Source of the DNA: an uncultured Clostridia bacterium
GTDB lineage: Bacteria; Bacillota; Clostridia; Oscillospirales; CAG-382
DNA length: 64,000 bases
Assembly: GCA_944375955.1 (NCBI GenBank)
Contig: CALWBE010000057.1
Location: 5,346-69,345, forward strand
Direction of reading: 5' to 3'
In this document: positions 20,172-28,837 of the stretch, piece after piece
Layout of the letters: each line of letters begins with the position of its first letter
Position numbering within the stretch: position 1 is the first letter of the stretch
The notes under the pieces: generated by a model
Seen by the model: only the letters and a program-made list of their open reading frames with translations
What the model was told of the DNA's origin: nothing
Databases searched by the model: none
Program-made: the position numbers and the translations under genes

Positions 20172-21596
20172 ATGACAGAGAAATACAGTATGGAAATAAA
20201 GCGTAAAATAAACTGCGACGTATTTGTCGCCGGCGGAGGAGTTGCCGGGGTTGCTGCAGCTACAGCAGCTGCGAGAAGGGGCGTTTCAGTAATACTTTGC
20301 GAGAGTTCGGGAATACTCGGAGGACAGGCGACCAACGGTATAGTAACGCCTCTCAGCTCTGTGCAAAGCAGATCTGGAAAAAAATTCGGAGGAATAGTTG
20401 ATGAAATAATAGAAAAGACAATCGAGCTTTCCGAAAAGTATGCGTTGCCGGATAAAAAAGGAAATTTTTATAACCGCATAGCTTGTCCTGAGATACTTTC
20501 ATACGTTATGCTTAAGATGTGCGTTGAAGCAGGTGTGAAAATAATGTTTCATACTGAACTTGTAGGAATTAAGCGCAAAGACAAAAAAATCGAATGCGCA
20601 TATGTATTTACCAAAAGCGGACTTTTTCAGATTAATGCCGATAAATTTATAGACGCTACCGGCGACGGAGCGCTTTTTGCTGAAGCAGGTGAAGAATATG
20701 CTTTGGGAAGTGAAAAAGGTGTGTATGAAAGCCTTTTTGAAACTGGGCTTGACAGTGTGCATTATGAAGACAACACAGGAGTTGTTCATGCGCTGTCTGA
20801 CACATCGGGTTTGATGCAGCCGGTATCTATATTCTTTGTTATGGGGGGAGTAGATTATAAAAAGGCTTCATCTTTTAATAATAAAAGACTTACATATTCG
20901 GATCTTGGGATATCAAAAGAAGAATTCCATTCTCTGCCTTATTTCGGGAGTGTCGGATTTGAGGAAAACGGCGATCTTATTCCTTTGCCGCAGGGAAGAA
21001 TACTTGTGAGCGAAGGCATATCAGACGATTATGCTGTAGTAAATATGTCGCGTATTAACGGAATAAACGGAGCGGATGCTGACGATGTTAACCGAGCAGA
21101 GACAGAAGCAAGACTTCAGCTTATGGCGATAGTTGATTTTCTGAAGCGATATGTTCCCGGCTTTGAAAACAGTTATCTTGTAAATACCGGATCTACACTT
21201 GGAATACGTGAAACCAGGAGGCTGAAAGGCAAGTATATACTTTCTGGAAAAGAAGTAATCGAGTGCAGGCATTTTGAAGACGCGATAGCAAAAGGCTCGT
21301 ATATGATAGATATCCATGATCCGAGAGGAAAGAATAAGGCCCTCGGAGGAGAATTAAAGGGAGATTTTTATGAGATACCTTACGGATGCATATGCGCCGT
21401 AAAGAACGAAAATCTTTTTGTGTGCGGCAGATGTATATCTGTAGATCATGTAGCCCATTCAAGCACAAGGATACAGGGGACATGCATAATGACAGGCCAG
21501 GCAGCTGGAACAGCATGTGCTCTGTCGGTCAAAAACGGAGATGTCACCGTTTCAGAATTGCGGCAGGCACTTATTGAAGACGGAGTAAATCTGTAA
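20172..21596 (+). CDS. FAD-dependent oxidoreductase (FAD_oxidored-like)
   Basis: N-terminal dinucleotide fold 'DVFVAGGGVAGVAAATAAARRG'. GGAG RBS 7 nt upstream. Confidence 0.75.
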   Translation: MTEKYSMEIKRKINCDVFVAGGGVAGVAAATAAARRGVSVILCESSGILGGQATNGIVTPLSSVQSRSGKKFGGIVDEIIEKTIELSEKYALPDKKGNFYNRIACPEILSYVMLKMCVEAGVKIMFHTELVGIKRKDKKIECAYVFTKSGLFQINADKFIDATGDGALFAEAGEEYALGSEKGVYESLFETGLDSVHYEDNTGVVHALSDTSGLMQPVSIFFVMGGVDYKKASSFNNKRLTYSDLGISKEEFHSLPYFGSVGFEENGDLIPLPQGRILVSEGISDDYAVVNMSRINGINGADADDVNRAETEARLQLMAIVDFLKRYVPGFENSYLVNTGSTLGIRETRRLKGKYILSGKEVIECRHFEDAIAKGSYMIDIHDPRGKNKALGGELKGDFYEIPYGCICAVKNENLFVCGRCISVDHVAHSSTRIQGTCIMTGQAAGTACALSVKNGDVTVSELRQALIEDGVNL

Positions 21597-21798
21597 TAGC
21601 TTTAGTACATGTTAGCGAATGTTTAGAAGGCATAGAAAGTAAAATTTATTTATATTTGGAACGGCAAAAAACAAAAAGATTAAAAATTCTTTGTTTTTAT
21701 TCAATGTACCATTGAAAAAAAGAAAAATTGTTGATATAATTGCATTTGGAAAGCAAGGTTTAAGCATTGCTTTTAAAGATTTTATAAAGAGGTGTGGT

Positions 21799-24579
21799 AT
21801 GAGAAGAAAAGAAAAAGCATTATCATTTCTTTTGACATCAGCACTTTTGTTAAGCTCCACGGCAATTTCAATAAATGCTCAAGGGGTTGAAGCTGACGTT
21901 ATAGACGGTATACCGACAGTATTTGTTACGGCATTCGGCAGGATGTCATATGACGGGCAGTCAAGACAGGCATTTAAAACTTTAGACGAGGGTTTGTCAG
22001 CGCTTGGTGAAGAAGGCGGCAAAATAGTTCTTCAGGGGAACGGCACATTAGGAAATACATATACAAGTGGGACATATGAGAACCTGTGCATTGAAGGAAT
22101 CGGAAGCAAGGCGTCCGGAAACTGTGTTACGGTAAATGATTCAGAACTTATGCTTACCGGTAATCTTGAACTGTATAATATATGCCTTAATATGCCGGAA
22201 AACGGAGTTATTATTACAAACGGACACAAATTTACCGCAGGAGACGGATTTGACTCGTATTTTAAGGAAACATATGTGTCCGGAGGAGAAAACGTAGTAA
22301 GCTATCCTTCACCGGTTTCGATTGCAGCAGGAGATTTTACGGAAGGCGCTGAGATTGAACTTTATTCCGGAACATATAAAAATATTTCTGCAGGATATAA
22401 CGGAGCATCAGGAAGCGGAGATGTTGTAATAAATATAGACGGTGTAAATGCCGGCAGCGTTATTTTCGGAGCCTCAGACGGAATGTTTGAAATGAACGGA
22501 AATGTTGTATTAAATATAAGCGGAGATACCGATATAGAAGTATTGTCCGGAGGCAGCGGAAATATCAAAGGAAGTATATTTGCGGTTTTTGGAGGAAATA
22601 TCTCTGTAAAACAATATGATTTTAAGCAAGATCTTTCTGTCAGCGGTAAAAAAACAGCGGTAGTATATGATAGTACAGAAATTCCGGACGGCTTTTTTGA
22701 TAATAATATAATTCTTTCCGAAGGCCGTGCAGAACCGGTATTTGATAACGGGGAACTGACCGGAGTAAAATTTTATGATAAAAACGGATTTTTATCTGAT
22801 AAGATTTTATTAAACGGAAATGAGCAGTCATCAGAAACAGGCATATTTGATATTCCTAACGGGGAAAGCAAAGTAAAGCCTATATCTTCCGTAGAAATAT
22901 CTCTTAATGACGATGCTGTTCTTGTAGGAGGATATGAAGACGGAACTTTCAGGCCTCAGAATAATATGACGCGTGCGGAAGCAATAACTGTTCTTGCAAG
23001 ACTGATAGCTGATGAGAATATATTTAAAAATATTGTGTCAGCCGATTATGAGGATGTAGCCGGGGATGCATGGTATTCTCCGTATATAGGACTTTTCCAG
23101 CAGTTAGGATATCTTGAAAATTTAGAGGAAGACGAAAAAATATTGCCGAATCAAAAGATAACAAGGGGTGAGTTTTGCGAGCTTATCGCAAATATGTATC
23201 CGATTGTGACGACAAGGCTTAACGGAACCAAAAGCTTTCCCGACGTGGATGAGAACTATCGGTATAAAAGCGCGGTAGAGCTTGCGGGATTTACGGGAAT
23301 TGTCGGAGGATATGAGGACGGGACATTCCGGCCTGACAATTTAGTTACGCGCGCCGAGGTTGTGACTATGATAAACAGAATGATAGGACGTATCCCGTCG
23401 GAAAGCAGCGTAACGGTGTTTTCAGATATCGAAGGTCATTGGGCGCAATCTCAGATAAATGCTGCCGGAAATACGGCGGAAAAGGATGGAGTAATTATGT
23501 GGACAAAAGGAAGTATAAACAAATTTGACGAGTACATGCAGTACCGTTCAAGCCTTACTAATACAAGACTGAAACTTGAAAATGAGAAAAAGCTGAATGT
23601 TGCTTTTATAGGAGGATCAATAACGGCAGGTTCAGGAGCTTCTGACGCAAACAGCACATCCTGGCGTGCACGTACGGTTGAATGGTTTAAAAATACATAT
23701 CCGGACTGTGAAATAAATCAGGTAAATGCCGCCATAGGAGATTCGTATACAAAATATGCCGTTTACCGTATGGATAATGATCTTTTAAAGTATGACTATG
23801 ATATTTTGTTTGTTGAATATGCGATAAATGATTCTCCATGGTATTCTGCAAAGGAAGATACCGAAACGATAGTTTATTTTGAAACTTTAATAAGACGAGT
23901 ATATGAGCATAATCCAAAAGCAGATATCGTAATAGTTTATACAATAGACGATAAAATAAGCAGACTTCCAAAATATTTTCCGACAGCTGCGGCACAGGAG
24001 GTTATAGCGGAATATTACGACATACCTTCAGTAAACTTCGGCCGCGCTCTTGCAGATTATATAGCTGAGAATAATTTAAAATGGGAAGATTGTTTTGCGG
24101 ACTATGTGCATCCTAATGATGACGGCCATTTATACTACGGAGCAGTTGTTACAGAGTATCTTGAAAACGCGCTTAAATCTGAAAACTGCGGAGATACGAT
24201 TGCAGACCGAGTGCTTCCGCCGCAGCATACAGAGCAGAAACTGTGGTATGATCTTACGATGCTTGAGGCGAGTGAAATAGATCTTTCGCTTTCAAAGAAC
24301 TGGGCTCTTTCGGAAGACGGAAGCAAGATATATCCGACAGCAGCTGACAATGAGCTTGTTGTAAAGACGTACGGAAGCGATATATGTATAGCAAGCCCGA
24401 GAGACGACACGATGTATTATTCAGTAGATGGGGGACAAGAACAGTATATGAAGATGAACCGTAAACCCCAGACGCTTGCCGAAGGACTTTCTGACGGAGA
24501 ACACATACTTAGAATCAGAGCTGACGACATAACGAATCTTTCAATACAAAGATTGATGTATAACGGAAAGCAGAAATAA
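21799..24579 (+). CDS. Secreted SLH-domain protein with SGNH/GDSL-type hydrolase domain
   Basis: Start at ATG 21799 (AAAGAGGTG RBS) gives the signal peptide MRRKEKALSFLLTSALLLSSTAISINAQG. Three SLH modules in mid-protein ('GGYEDGTFRPQNNMTRAEAITVLARL', 'DAWYSPYIGL', 'GGYEDGTFRPDNLVTRAEVVTMINRM'). SGNH blocks 'FIGGSITAGSG', 'EYAINDS', 'DYVHPNDDGH'. Confidence 0.85.
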   Translation: MRRKEKALSFLLTSALLLSSTAISINAQGVEADVIDGIPTVFVTAFGRMSYDGQSRQAFKTLDEGLSALGEEGGKIVLQGNGTLGNTYTSGTYENLCIEGIGSKASGNCVTVNDSELMLTGNLELYNICLNMPENGVIITNGHKFTAGDGFDSYFKETYVSGGENVVSYPSPVSIAAGDFTEGAEIELYSGTYKNISAGYNGASGSGDVVINIDGVNAGSVIFGASDGMFEMNGNVVLNISGDTDIEVLSGGSGNIKGSIFAVFGGNISVKQYDFKQDLSVSGKKTAVVYDSTEIPDGFFDNNIILSEGRAEPVFDNGELTGVKFYDKNGFLSDKILLNGNEQSSETGIFDIPNGESKVKPISSVEISLNDDAVLVGGYEDGTFRPQNNMTRAEAITVLARLIADENIFKNIVSADYEDVAGDAWYSPYIGLFQQLGYLENLEEDEKILPNQKITRGEFCELIANMYPIVTTRLNGTKSFPDVDENYRYKSAVELAGFTGIVGGYEDGTFRPDNLVTRAEVVTMINRMIGRIPSESSVTVFSDIEGHWAQSQINAAGNTAEKDGVIMWTKGSINKFDEYMQYRSSLTNTRLKLENEKKLNVAFIGGSITAGSGASDANSTSWRARTVEWFKNTYPDCEINQVNAAIGDSYTKYAVYRMDNDLLKYDYDILFVEYAINDSPWYSAKEDTETIVYFETLIRRVYEHNPKADIVIVYTIDDKISRLPKYFPTAAAQEVIAEYYDIPSVNFGRALADYIAENNLKWEDCFADYVHPNDDGHLYYGAVVTEYLENALKSENCGDTIADRVLPPQHTEQKLWYDLTMLEASEIDLSLSKNWALSEDGSKIYPTAADNELVVKTYGSDICIASPRDDTMYYSVDGGQEQYMKMNRKPQTLAEGLSDGEHILRIRADDITNLSIQRLMYNGKQK

Positions 24580-24601
24580 AAAATTCAGTCAATATATAAA
24601 A

Positions 24602-24629
24602 AATGAGGAGTAAATATTTACTCCTCATT
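24602..24629. terminator. Bidirectional terminator between the SLH protein gene and pnuC
   Basis: AATGAGGAGTAAAT/ATTTACTCCTCATT perfect palindrome flanked by an A-run and a T-run. Confidence 0.8.
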
Positions 24630-24646
24630 TTTTAATTGAATATATG

Positions 24647-25342
24647 CTATAAGTTAGCATTTTGTCTGCTTTTTATTCTTTTCCAGTTAAAAAAACCGTA
24701 GCTGTCGTTTAAAAGAAAAATAATAAAACAAACAACCATGGGAACATATACTGTATCACTTAAAGAAGCAAGAATCCAAAGGATAATCAAAACGATGTCG
24801 TTTGCGGCGTATGCCACAGCATAAAAAGGACTTCTGAAAAGTGTAAGATATGAAGCAAGAAAACTTGTAGATATTGAAACTGTACTGAAGAAAAGATTTG
24901 GGGTATTAAAATATTTCAATATATAATGGAAAAATACTGTTGATAGTATTGTGAGAATCCACATTATAAAAATATTTTTTGCGGACAATTTATTTACTTT
25001 TACTTCACTTTTGCCTTTTTCATAAGGATTTTTTATCCATCGCACCGACGCCATAACTGCAATTGGGGCAGTCATCCCCAGGTAAGTTATCATTTCGCCG
25101 TAATAGCGAAATGAAAAAGAAATAAAGGCATAAAAAAGTGAAAATATTACGGTCAAGATTTGACCTATAGGTTCACCTTTAGCGACGAATATTAAAGCAG
25201 TTGTTCCGATAAGCGGAGCTGTAGTTACAAAAGGATCAAAATTTTCAGCGGCTAAAAAAGACAGTGCGATTGACAGCATAGAAAAGATGTAGAGAAAAAG
25301 CTCGAATTTGGAAAGCAGTTTAAAAGGATTCTTAAAATTCAT
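24647..25342 (-). CDS. pnuC: Nicotinamide riboside/NMN transporter PnuC family
   Basis: About 7 TM helices, 'FVAKGEPIGQIL', 'YYGEMITYL', C-terminal 'NDSYGFFNWKR' typical of the PnuC family. Confidence 0.8.
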   Translation of the reverse strand: MNFKNPFKLLSKFELFLYIFSMLSIALSFLAAENFDPFVTTAPLIGTTALIFVAKGEPIGQILTVIFSLFYAFISFSFRYYGEMITYLGMTAPIAVMASVRWIKNPYEKGKSEVKVNKLSAKNIFIMWILTILSTVFFHYILKYFNTPNLFFSTVSISTSFLASYLTLFRSPFYAVAYAANDIVLIILWILASLSDTVYVPMVVCFIIFLLNDSYGFFNWKRIKSRQNANL

Positions 25343-25365
25343 AAAATTATTACCTCATAAAATAT

Positions 25366-25418
25366 AAAAAACGTCCGTTATGCATATCTTCAAAGACCTA
25401 ACGATATGCAAACAGACG
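25366..25418 (-). terminator. Intrinsic terminator inside the pnuC 5' leader (attenuator)
   Basis: Minus-strand RNA CGUCUGUUUGCAUAUC-guuaggucuuugaa-GAUAUGCA(U)AACGGACG forms 16 bp with one bulge, then UUUUUUAUAUUUU. It lies about 10 nt upstream of the GAGG RBS. Confidence 0.75.
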
Positions 25419-25473
25419 CATTTAATTTAACACAGCATCCGTCACCCGGTGGCGACATAAAATATTTATGTAT

Positions 25474-25502
25474 ATGATAACATAAAATTTTTTTGTTGTC
25501 AA
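25474..25502 (-). promoter_or_regulatory. Sigma-A type promoter for the pnuC leader
   Basis: Minus strand TTGACA-17 nt-TATCAT. Confidence 0.55.
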
Positions 25503-25626
25503 TATGGGAAATATATTGAAAAAACATTGACATTATAATGTAGATATATATAATTAAACCATATAGTAAAAAATAAAAAACATGAATCAGTGTTTTGATT
25601 AACATAAAAATATGGAGGAATATGTT

Positions 25627-26886
25627 ATGAGTATCTATTATGTTGCGGCTGACGGCTGTGATAACGCGGACGGTCTTACCCCGGAAACCGCGTGGAGAAC
25701 AATCTCAAAGGTAAATGAAGCAGTTTCGGGCGGAGATGAAATCAGATTCCGCTGCGGAGACACATTTTACGGTTCTGTAAATCCTCCCGCCGGCGAGGAT
25801 CCTGAACATCCGACGATGTTTTGTTCCTATGGAAGCGGGAATAAACCTGTTATAAGCCAGTATAAAACTGTGAAAAATGATGCATCAGCCTGGGAAAAGC
25901 ATGATGAAAATGTTTATAAGCTTGATCTTACGGATATTTCAAAATTTGACGGGAATATAACAGAACTCGATCCAAACGTTGGATTTATGAAAATATCCGG
26001 CAAAATATATTACAGAAAGTGTTTTCATTATGAGGAAATTTCATCACAGTGGGATTTTTACTGCGATGACAGATATGTTTACGTCTATTCGGATAAGAAT
26101 CCGGCTGAATATTCAGATGATATAAAGTTTGCCTGCAATATACGTTGCATGAGATTTACCAACAATATAAAAGTAACAGGAATAGTTTTCAGAGGCACAG
26201 GAGGACACGGCATAAACGGAGTTACGGTCGGCGCATACATATCTGATTGCGAATTCCATGAAATAGGCGGTTCGCGCTTAGGCGGCCTTGAAAGAAACGG
26301 GAAATTCAATACGACGCGCTACGGAAACGGAGTTGAATGCTGGTCAAATTCATCAAATGTTACGGTGGAAAACTGTAAGTTTTCAGAAATATATGATGTG
26401 GCAATTACAATGCAGGGAGGTAACGTTGTTAAAAATTGGGAGAATATGTATTTTGTAAACAACATTATGTGGAACTGTACACAGTGTTTTGAAATATGGT
26501 CAAGTGGAAAGCTTGCGGACACCGGATTTGTTAATTGCCATTTTGAGAAAAACATCTGTATAGATTCCGGATTTTGCTGGGGATATGAAGCACGTCCAAA
26601 CAAAGGAGTATCGACTCATCTTTTAATATATGGATTGGAATGCCCGCTTTGCGATATAACCGTGAAAAATAATGTTTTTTCTCATGCAAGAATAGCAACT
26701 TTGTATAAATCCGGCGGAATAAATATGATACCGAAAGATTATAAAATATATGATAATATAATTCTTTGCCCCGAAAAACAACCGATAGCAGCGGGAGGAG
26801 AAAATATTGACGAGAAATCGGTAAAAGCCTTTGAAAAAATGATTTCTGAAAATAACAGCGTATACCGTACAAATTCGTATAATTAA
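25627..26886 (+). CDS. Right-handed parallel beta-helix repeat protein (pectin-lyase fold)
   Basis: 'YYVAADGCDNADGLTPETAWRTISKV...GDEIRFRCGDTFYG' N-terminus typical of beta-helix proteins. Repetitive G/N/V-rich coils. GGAGG RBS favours ATG 25627. No signal peptide. Confidence 0.65.
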   Translation: MSIYYVAADGCDNADGLTPETAWRTISKVNEAVSGGDEIRFRCGDTFYGSVNPPAGEDPEHPTMFCSYGSGNKPVISQYKTVKNDASAWEKHDENVYKLDLTDISKFDGNITELDPNVGFMKISGKIYYRKCFHYEEISSQWDFYCDDRYVYVYSDKNPAEYSDDIKFACNIRCMRFTNNIKVTGIVFRGTGGHGINGVTVGAYISDCEFHEIGGSRLGGLERNGKFNTTRYGNGVECWSNSSNVTVENCKFSEIYDVAITMQGGNVVKNWENMYFVNNIMWNCTQCFEIWSSGKLADTGFVNCHFEKNICIDSGFCWGYEARPNKGVSTHLLIYGLECPLCDITVKNNVFSHARIATLYKSGGINMIPKDYKIYDNIILCPEKQPIAAGGENIDEKSVKAFEKMISENNSVYRTNSYN

Positions 26887-27032
26887 AAAAAATATATATA
26901 CAAAACTTAATTTTTGGAAAATTTATCTAAAATATTGAAATAAGACAATAATTGTGATATACTAAAACAAAGTATTGTCATAAGACAGCTTTATGAAAAA
27001 AGCAAATTATTTTATTTAAGGAGGTTTTTGAC

Positions 27033-27824
27033 ATGTTCAAGAAACTCGGAGTTCAGGCGTATACATTCCGCAACGCATATGACGGAGAAAATGCGAACGA
27101 AAAAACGCTTGACGCTGCTTTCAAAAAAATCAAGGAAATAGGCTATGATGAAATTCAGACAGCCGGATTTGGAAAAATCGGTATCGAAAAGTACGCCGCG
27201 CTGGCACATGAAGCAGGCCTGGATATTGTCGGAACTCATTATGATTACGATGAGATGTTAAACAATACGGATGAAGCCATGCGCAAGCATAAAGAGATAC
27301 TGCATACTGATATTATGGGTATCGGAGGCATGCCGGGACCGGCAAGAGAATCAAAGGAAGGACTTTTTAAGTTCATAGATGATTTTAATAAGATAGGCGA
27401 TAAGATAAAGCCATATGGATTTAAGCTGACATATCATAATCATCATTTTGAATTTGTTAAGTTTGATGACGGAAAATCAATAATGGATTATTTGTATGAA
27501 GGTCTTAATCCCGAAACTGTGTCATTCTGTCTTGATACGCATTGGGTACAGAGAGGCGGCGGTAATCCTACAACATGGATAAAGAAACTTGCCGGAAGAA
27601 TAGATATACTTCATCTCAAAGATATGGCTGTAATAAATGATAACGGTGTTCAGCCGCTCATTACAGAGATTGGCAACGGAAACATCGATTTTGACAGCGT
27701 TATTGAGGCGGCGCCGAAGAGTGGTGTCAGATATTACTGTGTAGAACAGGATACATGTCCGGGAGATCCTATGGACAGCCTAAAAATAAGTGCCGATTAT
27801 ATAAAAAAGCATTACATGGCATAA
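27033..27824 (+). CDS. Sugar phosphate isomerase/epimerase (xylose-isomerase-like TIM barrel)
   Basis: 'GYDEIQTAGF', 'YHNHHFEF', 'DTHWVQRGG', 'LHLKD'. AAGGAGG RBS. Confidence 0.8.
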   Translation: MFKKLGVQAYTFRNAYDGENANEKTLDAAFKKIKEIGYDEIQTAGFGKIGIEKYAALAHEAGLDIVGTHYDYDEMLNNTDEAMRKHKEILHTDIMGIGGMPGPARESKEGLFKFIDDFNKIGDKIKPYGFKLTYHNHHFEFVKFDDGKSIMDYLYEGLNPETVSFCLDTHWVQRGGGNPTTWIKKLAGRIDILHLKDMAVINDNGVQPLITEIGNGNIDFDSVIEAAPKSGVRYYCVEQDTCPGDPMDSLKISADYIKKHYMA

Positions 27825-27986
27825 GTGACATAATACAAACGCTATTGAATTTTTATAAAGAATCAGTATAAATCAAGCCCGTCTGATATTTTTGGCGGGC
27901 TTGTTATATGAAATAAAGAAAAATAATTTTATAAAATGATTTTTTATGGCGAGCTTAAACCAATTTTTGAAATATAAAAATTTCTA

Positions 27987-28015
27987 TTGAAAAAGTAAAT
28001 AAAATTGGATATAAT
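27987..28015 (+). promoter_or_regulatory. Candidate promoter for tmRNA precursor
   Basis: TTGAAA-17 nt-TATAAT, 35 nt upstream of the mature 5' end. Confidence 0.55.
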
Positions 28016-28050
28016 ATATAGTACCCTGTAAAAACAAAATAATATTATAT

Positions 28051-28404
28051 GGGGGCGTAAAGGTTTCGACGGGGAAGTTAATACACGATAAGCGAGCAGA
28101 GGTGCGGAAGCTCTTTAAAACGCCGTATTTTAAAATTAAACGCTAAGAATAATAAATTAGCTCTCGCTGCCTGACTTACGGCAGCCATCGTGCCGATGAG
28201 TACTGCGGCTTCGGATACGGTGTCATTTAGCAGTGAACGTGAGACAGAATAAGCTTTGCCGCTGTCCATGATTTTATGAAGCTACCGAAACTGTCTGTTT
28301 GTTTGTTGATGGACTGTTTTGGGAATTTTAACAACAAACTGCGCTCGGAGAAGGTTGTGTAAAGATTTTTTCGGACAGGGGTTCAATTCCCCTCGCCTCC
28401 ACCA
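28051..28404 (+). ncRNA. ssrA: tmRNA (SsrA), one-piece
   Basis: 5' GGGGGCG pairs with 3' CGCCUCC-ACCA, including the G3:U wobble. 'GGUUUCGACGGGG' start and T-arm 'GGGGUUCAAUUCCCC'. Tag reading frame 28142-28174 encodes AKNNKLALAA*. Confidence 0.95.
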
Positions 28405-28408
28405 TTCC

Positions 28409-28447
28409 AGACCACCATTTGATGAAAATCAAGTGGTGGTCTTTTCT
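28409..28447 (+). terminator. tmRNA terminator
   Basis: AGACCACCA-15 nt-TGGTGGTCT followed by TTTCTC. Confidence 0.7.
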
Positions 28448-28780
28448 CATTATCAAAGGAATGTACTTTGCCTGTAAAACCGAGGATATAAAAAATATTG
28501 AGGGCTATGATGACATATGGCTTTTACAAAATCCGAACCCGAACAAACGCCAGAAACCCTTGAAAATAAAAGTGTTTCGAGCATATCCGACACACCCGAA
28601 ACACTAACGTATAAAAGTATTAAACATAACTACTTATATTATTATATCGTTCCTACATCTTATAGTCGTTCCATTATTAAAGCACTACTACAAAATATTA
28701 TTTATTATGGTAGAGAGAGTTCGAGAAGTTCTTGTTCAAAAATTATTTTCAAAAAAGTTCTTTTAAAAGTTCCTCAACTT

Positions 28781-28809
28781 TTGAAAAATGTCAAATTATG
28801 TGCTATAAT
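28781..28809 (+). promoter_or_regulatory. Strong promoter of the island operon
   Basis: TTGAAA-17 nt-TATAAT with an extended -10 TG (tgcTATAAT). The palindrome AAAAGTTcctcAACTTTT (28765-28783) overlaps the -35. AAGTTCYT is repeated at 28726, 28755 and 28767. Confidence 0.65.
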
Positions 28810-28837
28810 TATTGTGTGTGGTGAAAGGGACGCTAAT

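Noticed and set aside
21691-21798. 36-codon upstream extension of the SLH protein ORF, and the antisense ORF at 21612-21860
   Set aside because: ATG 21799 has a good RBS and yields a textbook signal peptide. The extension is AT-rich leader sequence.
25390-25605. 71-aa hydrophobic ORF in the pnuC / beta-helix intergenic region
   Set aside because: An AT-rich artefact overlapping both divergent promoters and the pnuC leader. It has no RBS.
28078-28269. 63-aa ORF on the minus strand
   Set aside because: Lies entirely antisense within the tmRNA gene. It is an artefact of the structured RNA sequence.
28419-28607. 62-aa ORF immediately after tmRNA
   Set aside because: Begins inside the tmRNA terminator hairpin, has no RBS and gives an implausible peptide.
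28517-28837. 107-codon N-terminal extension of the first island ORF (track start at 28517)
   Set aside because: The extension contains the near-consensus promoter (28781-28809) and the RBS for ATG 28838. Its translation is low-complexity and implausible. Start reassigned to 28838.
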